Source: Bacillota bacterium
GTDB taxonomy: Bacteria > Sysuimicrobiota > Sysuimicrobiia > Sysuimicrobiales > Segetimicrobiaceae
NCBI GenBank assembly: GCA_021324255.1
Contig: JAJPJL010000119.1
Coordinates: 3,226-67,225, forward strand
Direction of reading: 5' to 3'
Length of the DNA: 64,000 nt
The notes beneath the pieces are model-generated. The model did no database searches, was not told the origin of the DNA, and saw only the letters and a list, made by a program, of their open reading frames with translations. Below are positions 20,661 to 29,321 of the stretch, one piece after another. The first letter of the stretch is position 1, and each line of letters starts with the position of its first letter. The position numbers were made by a program, and so were the translations under genes.

Positions 20661-21847
20661 GCGTCCGCCTGCTGCACACGTCCGACGTGCACCTCGGGGC
20701 GACCTTCAAGATGCTGGGAGAGCGCGGCGGCGACCAACGGCGCCAGCTGCAACGCACGCTGGCGAACGTGGTCGGCCTCGCGATTCAGGAGCGCGTCGAC
20801 GCCGTGCTGGTCGCTGGTGACCTGTTCGACTCCGTGGCCGCGGCCCGGCTCATGGCGCCGTTCGCCCGGGAGCAGCTCGGGCGCCTCGGGGAGGCGGGCA
20901 TCCCCGTGTGCGCCATCGCCGGCAACCACGATCCGCTCGGGGCGGGGAGCGCCGGGATCTGGCAGCGGCTCGCCGGCGAGTGCCCGCATCTGACCGTCTT
21001 CGGGGCGGCGCCGCAGGCGCGGATATTTCCCGACCGGGACCTGACGGTGATCGGCCGGTCCGTCCAGGACCGGCTGTCCTCTGAGAGTCCGCTCGCCGCG
21101 TTTCTCGCCGGCGGCGCCGCGGTCGCGGACGGGACCCACACCGCGGGCCTCGCGCGGGTGCCGGCCGGAGCGCGGCCGACACGTCACGTCGTGGGGGTGT
21201 TCCACGGCAGCGTGCAGCGGCCGGATTTCGAGACCAAGTTCGGCCTGATCACCCCGGAGGAGATCGGCGCAAGCGGCGTGGACTACCTCGCCTTGGGCGA
21301 CTGGCACTCGGCGCAAAACGTCTCCGCCGGCCGGGTCGCGGCCTGGTACAGCGGGGCGCCCGAGATGATCGGTCTGGATGAGCCGGACTCCGGCAACGTG
21401 TGCCTCGTCACTGTGCGAGGGCCGGGCGACGTCGATGTGGCCCCGCGACGCGTCGGCCGGCGACGGGCGGCGTCCATCACGATCGATCTCGCGACGGCCG
21501 GCGGTCCCGACGCGGTCGCGCGCCTGGTCGGCGACCGCGCCGACCGGGACCTCGCGCTGGTGGTGACGCTCACCGGGCTCGTCGGGTTGGCGGACCGCGT
21601 GCTGGTGGACGAGCTGCGCGACGATCTTGCCTCGGAGTTTTTCCGGTTGGAGATCCGCGACGCCTCGCATCTGCGCCCGGAGGCCGTCGATCCCACGCAG
21701 TACCAGGCGAACACGGTGCTCGGCCGCTTCGTGCGGCAGATGCACGAGCTCCTCGCCGCCCGCGACGGCGAGGAGCGGGCCATCGCCTCGGACGCGCTGG
21801 CGTACGGCGTGGCCCTGCTCGAGGGCCGGACGGAGATCCTCGGGTGA
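20657..21847 (+). CDS. SbcD/Mre11-like (YhaO-like) metallophosphoesterase nuclease
   Basis: HTSDVHLG, AGDLFD, GNHD, FHG, DYLALGDWH; ATGA overlap with the helicase gene. Confidence 0.9.
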   Translation: MSVRLLHTSDVHLGATFKMLGERGGDQRRQLQRTLANVVGLAIQERVDAVLVAGDLFDSVAAARLMAPFAREQLGRLGEAGIPVCAIAGNHDPLGAGSAGIWQRLAGECPHLTVFGAAPQARIFPDRDLTVIGRSVQDRLSSESPLAAFLAGGAAVADGTHTAGLARVPAGARPTRHVVGVFHGSVQRPDFETKFGLITPEEIGASGVDYLALGDWHSAQNVSAGRVAAWYSGAPEMIGLDEPDSGNVCLVTVRGPGDVDVAPRRVGRRRAASITIDLATAGGPDAVARLVGDRADRDLALVVTLTGLVGLADRVLVDELRDDLASEFFRLEIRDASHLRPEAVDPTQYQANTVLGRFVRQMHELLAARDGEERAIASDALAYGVALLEGRTEILG

Positions 21848-23985
21848 TTATCCGGCGCATGCGGGTCCGCCGGTTCCGCCGGCTCGCGGACGAGACCCTG
21901 GAGTTCGGGCCCGGCCTCAACGTCGTTCGCGGCCGGAACGACGCCGGCAAGTCGACGCTGCACCTGGCGTTTTCGGCGGCGCTCTACCCGATTCGGCCGT
22001 CCGAAGCCCGTTCGTTGAGCCCGTGGGGGCGCGACGATGGTCCCGGCGAGATCACGCTGGAGTTCGAAGCCGGGGGCCGCCGCTACACGCTCCACAAGGA
22101 CTTTGCCTCCCGGAAGGTGTGCCTCACGGACGGGCGGCGGCCCGTGGACAACGCGAAAGAGGTGGAGCGGCAGATCGGCGCATGGCTCGGCTTCCCGACG
22201 CTCGCGTTGTTCCGCGCCACCGCGCACATCGGACAGTGGGAGCTGGCGCAGGTACAAAAGGAAAAGGACGCCATCGGCACTCGCCTGTCGGCGATCATGA
22301 CGGGCGGCGACGAGGACGCGGCGCGTGTGCTCCGGCTCCTGGACGAGCGCATTCGCAAGATGGAACTCGGGCTCCGCCGGCCCTCCGGGGCGCCCGGACC
22401 GCTCAAGCGCGACGAGGAGCGTCTGCGATACCTGACCGCGGAGGCGCAGCGGCTGGCGTCGGAGGTCGCCGCGATCGAGCAGGCCGCGGCGGACCGGACG
22501 AAGATCGCGGAGCGGGTCGCGCAGCTCGAGCAGCAGGTCCAGGAGGACGCGGCGCTCGTGCAGGCCAACCGCGAGCTGCTGGAGCTGGATCGCCGGGTGG
22601 AGGCGCAGCGCCGGCGGGTCACGGAGTTACGCGAGCTGACGGAGCGGATCGACGCCGCGGCGCGGGATCTCGAGGCCGCGAGCCGGGACCCGGCGCTCGA
22701 GCTGCCGGACGTCGCGCCGGACGCCCTCGAGACCGTGCGGACGGCCGCCCTGCGCGCGGAGCTGCTGCGCCGCGAGGTCGCGGCAGCGTCGGCGGAGGCG
22801 ATCCGTCCGGCCCCGGCTCAGGCGACCACCCGCGGGACCCGCGCCGCATGGGTGCCGGCGGGACTCGCGGCGGCCGCGGGTCTCGCGAGCGCGGCGCTCC
22901 TCGTCGATCGCCATACCGGCCTCGGGTTGGGGGTGATGCTCGCGGCGGTCCTCCTGGGCGCGCTCGCGATCGCGATGCGGAGCCGCGCCCGGGCCGCGGC
23001 GGTCCAGGCCGAGCTGGCCACGGCCCGGCGCGCCGAAGAAGCCGAGCGCGTCGAGGCCCGGCGCCGAGACGCCGCACAGGCCGAAGACGCGCTGCGACGG
23101 CACCTCCAGGCGCTCGGGGCCGGCTCCGTGGAGGACGTGGCGGAGCGGCAGCAGCGCCTGACGGCGGCGCGCCGCCGGCGGGAGACGGCCCGGGCGGTAC
23201 TCGAGTCGCTCGTGGGCGCGCGTACCCGCGCGGCGATCGCCGACGAGTACCAGCGGGCCGTGCTGGACCTCGCCGCGGCCGAGGCAAGGCGGGACAGTCC
23301 GGACCTGGCGCTGCGGCGGCTCGACGCGGCCTCGTTTCAGCGCCTCGCCGGCGAGGCGGAGCGCCGGCGACAGGAGCTCGAGCGGCGGCGGGCCGCGCTG
23401 CACACGCTCGATGGTCGGCTCTCCGGAAGGTCGCCTCATGAGGAGCTCGCCAGGGTCGAAGAAGAGCTCGCGGACGTGCGCGCCCGGTATGCCCGCGCGG
23501 AGCGGCAGGTGCGGGTGCTCACCCTGACCCGCGACGTGCTCGCCGAAGCCCGCGGTCAGACGATCGTGCCGGGCCGGGCGATGCTGGAGGAGCGGGCCAG
23601 CGAGTATGTGCGGCGGCTGTCAGGCGGCGCCTATACCAGGATCTCCGTGGACGAGCAGACTCTCGCCCCGCGGGTGTGGGTGGGCCCGCCCAAAGAGTGG
23701 GCCGATGTATCGGCCAAGGAGATCGGAAGCGGCGGCGTCGACCAGTGCTATCTTGCGCTGCGCCTGGGTCTCGTGGAGTTGCTGTGCGAGGGACAGTGTC
23801 CGCCGCTGTTTCTCGACGATCCGCTGCTCGCCTATGACGAGGACCGTCAGGCCGCGGCGATGGACTTCCTCACCGATTTGGCGCGGCGCCACCAGATCTT
23901 CCTCTTCACGTGCCGCACCGCCTACGACGCCCGCGCGGACCACCTCACGGTGCTGGACCAGCCCGCGGCGGTCCCGGCGCCGTAA
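21844..23985 (+). CDS. SbcC/Rad50-like (YhaN-like) coiled-coil ABC ATPase with a central hydrophobic hairpin
   Basis: GRNDAGKST Walker A, long coiled coil, GSGGVDQCYLALR signature, LFLDDP Walker B, QIFLFTC; GTGA overlap with the upstream gene. Confidence 0.88.
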   Translation: MIIRRMRVRRFRRLADETLEFGPGLNVVRGRNDAGKSTLHLAFSAALYPIRPSEARSLSPWGRDDGPGEITLEFEAGGRRYTLHKDFASRKVCLTDGRRPVDNAKEVERQIGAWLGFPTLALFRATAHIGQWELAQVQKEKDAIGTRLSAIMTGGDEDAARVLRLLDERIRKMELGLRRPSGAPGPLKRDEERLRYLTAEAQRLASEVAAIEQAAADRTKIAERVAQLEQQVQEDAALVQANRELLELDRRVEAQRRRVTELRELTERIDAAARDLEAASRDPALELPDVAPDALETVRTAALRAELLRREVAAASAEAIRPAPAQATTRGTRAAWVPAGLAAAAGLASAALLVDRHTGLGLGVMLAAVLLGALAIAMRSRARAAAVQAELATARRAEEAERVEARRRDAAQAEDALRRHLQALGAGSVEDVAERQQRLTAARRRRETARAVLESLVGARTRAAIADEYQRAVLDLAAAEARRDSPDLALRRLDAASFQRLAGEAERRRQELERRRAALHTLDGRLSGRSPHEELARVEEELADVRARYARAERQVRVLTLTRDVLAEARGQTIVPGRAMLEERASEYVRRLSGGAYTRISVDEQTLAPRVWVGPPKEWADVSAKEIGSGGVDQCYLALRLGLVELLCEGQCPPLFLDDPLLAYDEDRQAAAMDFLTDLARRHQIFLFTCRTAYDARADHLTVLDQPAAVPAP

Positions 23986-23989
23986 GGCG

Positions 23990-24721
23990 CTACGGGCGCG
24001 CCAGCGCCCGGATGTCGGCCACGAGGTCCTTGGGGTCGAGGTTCGACGGGAGAAAGACCACGATCTGGCCCCGGGGGTCGATCACGTAGACGATGGCCGT
24101 GTGCCCGACCTGGTCGGGGATGGGCGCCGCGGCGCTCGCCGCCTCCGGGTTGACCTCTTTGGCATCGCTGCCGACGTAGTAGTGCGCCCAGACGGGGCGG
24201 AGCTGCGCGAACGAGCCCCGGAGATAGGCCAGCTCACCCGCGAGGTGGTGGCCCGCGAGGAACGATCGCACGGCCCCCGGCGTATCGCCGTTCGGGTCGA
24301 CGCTGACGGCCACAAATGCGGTGCGGGCGGCGGTGGCTGGGTCGAGCGCCTGGTAGGCTTTGTGGAGGTCGTCCGCGATCAGCGGACACACGTCCGGGCA
24401 GTGCGCGTACAGGAAGGTCAGGACGACGACCTTCCCGCGAAGGGCCGCCAGCGACACCGGGCGGCCGTCCTGGTTGGGCAGCGTGAAATCGTAGGCCACG
24501 ACCGGCGGATTCATCACCGCGCCGGCGAGCGCCGGCCCGGACAACCGGGCTCGGACTGCCGCCGCGGTGGCGGCCGTCGCGGCCGCGACGACCACGGCAA
24601 GCGCCATGTAAAGCCAGCGCGACCGTCCGGGACGCCCGCCGGATGGGGCGGCCGGCGCCGGGCCCTGGGGCACGTCCCGGGTTCCGCCCGTAGTAACCTG
24701 ATCTCGTGTCGATCCCGACAT
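23990..24721 (-). CDS. SCO1/SenC family copper chaperone
   Basis: N-terminal TM helix, FLYAHCPDVCP (CxxxC), SVDP, H in VGHT, IDPRG. Confidence 0.92.
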   Translation of the reverse strand: MSGSTRDQVTTGGTRDVPQGPAPAAPSGGRPGRSRWLYMALAVVVAAATAATAAAVRARLSGPALAGAVMNPPVVAYDFTLPNQDGRPVSLAALRGKVVVLTFLYAHCPDVCPLIADDLHKAYQALDPATAARTAFVAVSVDPNGDTPGAVRSFLAGHHLAGELAYLRGSFAQLRPVWAHYYVGSDAKEVNPEAASAAAPIPDQVGHTAIVYVIDPRGQIVVFLPSNLDPKDLVADIRALARP

Positions 24722-24740
24722 CCGTACACCCCTCCGGCTC

Positions 24741-24770
24741 ACGCTAGCAACCGCCGCTGCGCCGTGTCAA
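24741..24770 (-). promoter_or_regulatory. Putative sigma70 promoter of the SCO gene
   Basis: Minus strand TTGACA-18 nt-TAGCGT with an extended TG. Confidence 0.5.
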
Positions 24771-24926
24771 GGCAAGCACCGCCGCATCGCCGGACATCTT
24801 AAGATACGCCGGAACACGCCGCGCAGATCTCCGGTGCCGGCAGGTCACGGCGTGCTCGGACGCTCGGGATGCCCACCTGAGGGCGGGTGAAATTTTAGGC
24901 TATTAATAAGGTACGGGACCCGTTCC

Positions 24927-24956
24927 TTGACCCCCATCGCGCACGCACGTTAAAAT
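24927..24956 (+). promoter_or_regulatory. Putative sigma70 promoter of rny
   Basis: TTGACC-18 nt-TAAAAT in an AT-rich patch. Confidence 0.6.
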
Positions 24957-25076
24957 GTAGTGAAAATTAGTCTACCTAGCTCACCAATTGCACGCATTCT
25001 AGTATAGCGGCCCGGGACCGGGCCGGGACGGAGGCAGACGAGGACGCAGGCATAGCACGGCATCGCCAAAGAGGGG

Positions 25077-26636
25077 GTGACCACCACGAGCGCCTTGACG
25101 TATGTGCTCGCGGGCGTAGTGGCGTTGGCGGCCTTCCTCCTTGGGTACTTTCTGCGTAAGTTCGCCGGCGAGGCGAAGATCGGGACGGCTGAAGCAGCTG
25201 CCCGGCGAATCCTGGAAGAAGCGAAAGCCGAGGCGCACAGAGAGGCGGAGGCACGCAAGCGAGAAGCACTCCTGGAGGCCAAGGATGAGGCGTTTCGCAT
25301 CAAGCGGGACGCCGAACGCGAGATTCGGGAGCAGCGGGGTGAGGTACAGCGGCTGGAACGGCGGCTGGTTCAGCGTGAAGAGAACCTAGAGCGCAAGCTC
25401 GAGACGCTCGAAAAACGTGATCAGACCCTCGCGCATCGTTAGCAGGAGGTAGCCAAGGCCAGGGACGCGGCGCAGGAATTGTACCAGGCAGCCCGCGCAG
25501 AGTTGGAACGGATCAGCAATCTGACGGAAGAGCAGGCCAGGCAGGAACTCCTCCAACGGGTCGAAACCGAGGCGCGGCATGACGCGCTGCAGGCGGCCCG
25601 CAAGGTCGAAGCGGAAGTGCGCGAAGATGCGGAACGGCGGGCGCGCGAGATCCTCGCCCTCGCCATCCAGCGTTGCGCGGCGGATCATACGGCCGACGTG
25701 ACCGTTTCGGTCATCCCGCTGCCGAACGACGAGATGAAGGGCCGGATCATCGGGCGCGAGGGGCGCAACATTCGCTCCCTCGAGAGCCTCACCGGGGTCG
25801 ATTTCATCATCGACGATACCCCCGAGTCCGTCACCCTGTCCTCGTTCGATCCCGTCCGGCGCGAGGTCGCCAAGATGGCCCTCGAGAAGTTGCTCACGGA
25901 CGGCCGCATCCACCCGGCCCGTATCGAGGAGATGGTCGAAAAGGCCCAGCGGGATCTCGACGCGCGGATCCGCGACGCGGGCGAGCGGGCGGCGTTCGAG
26001 GCGGGAGTCCACGGGCTGCATCCGGAGGAGCTCAAACTGCTCGGCCGCCTCAACTTCCGGTTCAGCTACGGCCAGAACCTGCTGCAGCACTCCATCGAGG
26101 TGGCGCTCCTCGCCGGGTTGATGGCGACCCAGCTCGATGCGGACGCGGAGATTGCCCGGCGCGCCGGGCTGCTGCACGATATCGGGAAGGCGCTGACGCA
26201 CGAGGTCGAGGGGACGCACAGCGCCATCGGCATGGATCTGGCGCGCCGGTACCACGAGCCGCCCCAGGTGCTCAACGCGATCGCGTACCATCACGGCGAC
26301 GCCGCCGCGGAGTGCGTGGAGGCGATCTTGGTCGCGGCCGCCGACGCCATCTCGGCCTCGCGGCCCGGCGCGCGCAAGGAAACAGTGGAAATGTACGTCA
26401 AGCGGCTTGAAAACCTGGAGCGCATCGCGACGTCGTTCACCGGCGTCGAACGGGCGTACGCGATCCAGGCGGGCCGGGAGATTCGCGTCCTGGTCAAGCC
26501 GCAGGAGATCGACGACCCGAGCGCGGCCATCATGGCGCGGGAGATGGCGAAGAAGATCGAGAACGAGCTGGAGTATCCCGGTCAGATCAAGGTGACCGTG
26601 CTTCGCGAGACGCGGGCGATCGAGTACGCGAAGTAG
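25077..26636 (+). pseudogene. rny: Ribonuclease Y interrupted by a single in-frame TAG at 25440-25442 (nonsense allele or sequencing error)
   Basis: ORFs 25077-25442 (TM anchor, coiled coil) and 25479-26636 (KH: [13 protein letters not shown]; HD: LLHDIGK; ends AIEYAK) share one frame and are separated only by the TAG. Confidence 0.9.
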
Positions 26637-26709
26637 GGCGAGCGCGAGCGGGTGGGGGACGGGCGGCCGGCCCGTCCCCCCGCGTGTCCTCCGGGGGGAG
26701 CGTGGAGCG

Positions 26710-27498
26710 GTGCGGATACTGTTCATCGGCGACGTGGTCGGCAAGCCGGGGCGGCGCGCCGTCGCGGCGCTCCTGCCGGGCCTGCGCCGGGACCTGCGCG
26801 TCGATTTTGTCATCGCCAACGGCGAGAATTCCGCCGGCGGGTTCGGCATTACCCGGGAGACGTTCGAGGAGCTCGTGCGGGCGGGCGTGGACGTGGTCAC
26901 GGGCGGCAACCACACGTGGCAGACGCGGGAGAGCGCGGTCCTGCTGGACAGCGACCCCCGGCTGCTCCGGCCGGCGAACTATCCGCCCGGGACGCCGGGG
27001 CGCGGTGCGGGGGTGTTTCGTCCCGCCGGCGGGGGCACCGCGGCCGTCGGGGTTCTCAACCTCGAGGGCCGCGTGTTCATGCAGCCGCTATTGTCCCCGT
27101 TCGAGGTGGGCCGCGAGGAAGCGCGGCGCCTGCGGGACGAGACCGCGGTCGTCATCGTGGACTTTCACGCCGAGGCCACGTCGGAGAAGGCGGCCCTCGG
27201 ATGGTACCTGGACGGCCGTGTGACCGCCGTGATCGGTACCCACACGCACGTGCAGACCGCCGACGAGCGGATGCTGGAGACGGGGACCGCGTTCATCACG
27301 GACGCGGGCATGACGGGGCCGCGGGATTCCATCATCGGGATGGGCCGCGGGGACGTGCTGCGCCGGTTCTTGACCTTGCTGCCGTCCCGGTTCGACGTCG
27401 CGCCCGGGCCGACGCAGTTCTGCGGCGTGGTGGTGGAGGCTGATCCCGGCACCGGACAGGCCCGGGGCATCGACCGCGTCATGCGCGTGCTCGCCTAG
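26710..27498 (+). CDS. ymdB: YmdB-like 2',3'-cyclic nucleotide phosphodiesterase
   Basis: FIGDVVG, NGENSAGG, GNH, DFHAEATSEK, GTHTHVQTAD; rny-ymdB-spoVS synteny. Confidence 0.93.
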   Translation: MRILFIGDVVGKPGRRAVAALLPGLRRDLRVDFVIANGENSAGGFGITRETFEELVRAGVDVVTGGNHTWQTRESAVLLDSDPRLLRPANYPPGTPGRGAGVFRPAGGGTAAVGVLNLEGRVFMQPLLSPFEVGREEARRLRDETAVVIVDFHAEATSEKAALGWYLDGRVTAVIGTHTHVQTADERMLETGTAFITDAGMTGPRDSIIGMGRGDVLRRFLTLLPSRFDVAPGPTQFCGVVVEADPGTGQARGIDRVMRVLA

Positions 27499-27542
27499 GC
27501 CGTCTCGACCGATAGCGCGGTCTCATTCGGACGACCGAGGGT

Positions 27543-27569
27543 GCAGGATTCTGCGGCGCCCCCTCGAAT
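27543..27569 (+). promoter_or_regulatory. SigmaH-type promoter upstream of spoVS
   Basis: GCAGGA-17 nt-GAAT matches the Bacillus sigmaH consensus geometry; spoVS is sigmaH-dependent in B. subtilis. Confidence 0.65.
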
Positions 27570-27638
27570 GGGAGCAGTCCGCCTGAGGCATCGCGGCCGA
27601 AACCGCCAAAAGATGGACGACGCCGCCGAGGAGGCATC

Positions 27639-27914
27639 GTGTCAATGGACGTGCTCAAGGTAGCCGCCAAGTCGAACCCGACCGCCGTGGCCGGGGCCCT
27701 GGCCGGCGTCGTCCGCGAGAAGGGCACGGCGGAGTTGCAGGCGATCGGCGCGGCCGCGATCAACCAAGCGGTGAAGGCCATCGCGATCGCGCGGGGTTAC
27801 GTCGCGCCGGCCGGCATGGACCTCGTGTGCGTCCCCGCGTTCGCGGACGTTCAGATCGACGGCGAGGACCGTACCGCCATCAAGCTCATCGTTTCCCCCC
27901 GCGTGCCCCGCTAG
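27639..27914 (+). CDS. spoVS: Stage V sporulation protein S family
   Basis: VLKVAAKSNPTAVAGALAG...QAIGAAAINQAVKAIAIARGY. Confidence 0.96.
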   Translation: MSMDVLKVAAKSNPTAVAGALAGVVREKGTAELQAIGAAAINQAVKAIAIARGYVAPAGMDLVCVPAFADVQIDGEDRTAIKLIVSPRVPR

Positions 27915-27923
27915 GAGCAGGCA

Positions 27924-28772
27924 CTGCGCATCGATCTCCACGTTCACAGCACGGCATCGGACGGGCTGCTGGCCCCGGCGCGCGTGGTCGAAGAGGCGGG
28001 GGTCCGCGGCGTGGCCACGCTCGCGCTCACGGATCACGACACGACCGACGGCGTCGCCGATGCGGTCGAGGCGGGGCACCGGTGCGGCGTCGACGTCCTC
28101 CCCGGCGTCGAGATCAACACCGACGTCGGGCCGCATGAGGTGCACGTGCTCGGCTATTTCGTGGACCACGGGCGCGCATCGTTCCAGGCGTTCTTGCGCG
28201 AGATGCGCGACGGGCGGGTGGCCCGGGCCCACGCGATGGTCCGCCGCCTCCGGGAGCTCGGCGCCCCGGTGGCGTGGGAGCGTGTGCAGGCGATCGCCGC
28301 CGGCGCCGCGGTCGGCCGCCCGCACGTCGCCCGCGCGCTGGTCGAGGCGGGTCGCGTCGCGACGGTGCAGGAGGCGTTTGAGCGGTACCTGGGGCGCAGC
28401 GGCCCGGCCTACGCGCCCCGGCCGAAGCTCACGCCGGAGGACGCCGTGACACGGATCCTGGACGCGGGAGGCGTGCCGGTGCTCGCGCATCCGGGGTGGC
28501 CGCAAAGCGGTCCCATTATCGACCGCGTGCCGCAACTCGTAGCCCACGGGTTGGCCGGGATCGAAGTGTACTACCCCGACCACAGCGAGGCGATGGTGGC
28601 GCGCTATCTCGATGTGGCGCGCCGGTACGGGCTTGTTGCGACGGGCGGCACGGATTACCATGGTGGGGGAATGGCGACGCGGGTCCCCATCGGGAGCGTG
28701 CCGGTGCCGCCCGAAACGGTGACCGAGCTCCGCGCCCGCTGGGAGGCGCTCCGGCAACGGCATCCCCATTAG
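27924..28772 (+). CDS. PHP domain phosphoesterase (TrpH/YciV-like), probable CTG start
   Basis: RIDLHVHSTASDG lies upstream of the first canonical start; SD AGGAG 6 nt before CTG 27924; also TDHDT, GRPHVA, LAHP, GGTDYHG. Confidence 0.9.
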   Translation: MRIDLHVHSTASDGLLAPARVVEEAGVRGVATLALTDHDTTDGVADAVEAGHRCGVDVLPGVEINTDVGPHEVHVLGYFVDHGRASFQAFLREMRDGRVARAHAMVRRLRELGAPVAWERVQAIAAGAAVGRPHVARALVEAGRVATVQEAFERYLGRSGPAYAPRPKLTPEDAVTRILDAGGVPVLAHPGWPQSGPIIDRVPQLVAHGLAGIEVYYPDHSEAMVARYLDVARRYGLVATGGTDYHGGGMATRVPIGSVPVPPETVTELRARWEALRQRHPH

Positions 28773-28811
28773 CCGCGTCCCGGGCGTGACACGGCGCGGA
28801 GGGACGTCCCC

Positions 28812-29010
28812 GCGAGGGCCTCGACCGCTCGCGCGGCTCGGCCGCCTCCGGTCGACGCCCGTGTGTGTTGCGCATGTTCTATTGCGCGGCGAACAAAGCG
28901 GCTACCCGAAAGTTGGTCGGCGTCGGTCGCGTTCTGGTTCACGCCCTGGGCCCGGGAGCGAAGGGCAGGTCCGGCCGGCCCGAACCCCTGACGGAAGTTC
29001 GGCAGTGACG
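28812..29010 (+). repeat. Dispersed intergenic repeat element, copy A
   Basis: 28884-28987 aligns ungapped with 41069-41172 at 89/104 identity; flanks are also similar. Confidence 0.85.
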
Positions 29011-29079
29011 CGCAGGCTGGTGTAATTTGTAGGGTAGACGCGTTGACCGAGATGGATGTGTCCGACCCGGAGGCTCAGC

Positions 29080-29301
29080 ATGCGGTGTCCGAAGTGCGGA
29101 ATCGAAAACCCCGAGGGCAAGATTCTGTGCCGCGCCTGCGGCGCGCGGCTGCGCGCCCCGGCGCGGGCCGCCCGGGCGCTCCCGGTGCGGGAGACCGATC
29201 AGGAACTCCGGCAGCGGGTCTCGTATGACCTCACGCGCGTCGTCTGGGTCATCGCCGCGGTGATCGTGGTGGGCGCCGGTCTCGGCCTCTTGCTGAAGTA
29301 G
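29080..29301 (+). CDS. Small zinc-ribbon protein with a C-terminal TM helix
   Basis: MRCPKCG...CRACG, hydrophobic C-terminus; SD GGAGG. Confidence 0.8.
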   Translation: MRCPKCGIENPEGKILCRACGARLRAPARAARALPVRETDQELRQRVSYDLTRVVWVIAAVIVVGAGLGLLLK

Positions 29302-29321
29302 CGCTTCCCGCGATTCCCGCG

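Noticed and set aside
25440-27914. Genome-wide TAG recoding or pyrrolysine, suggested by the rny amber and by spoVS being in frame with PHP
   Set aside because: TAG ends many genes at their expected C-termini (dapB, rnj, rny AIEYAK, ymdB, aminotransferase); no pyl genes are in the window; the SD + CTG explains the PHP start.
27639-27914. Evidence of endospore formation from spoVS
   Set aside because: SpoVS also occurs in non-sporulating lineages; no dedicated sporulation genes (such as dpaAB, normally near asd-dapA) are present in this block.
28960-29000. SRP RNA or c-di-AMP riboswitch (CAGGTCC..CCTGACGGAAG; CCCGAACCC)
   Set aside because: The motif pieces are not in the required helix-8 or ydaO arrangement, and the SRP-like words are not preserved in copy B.
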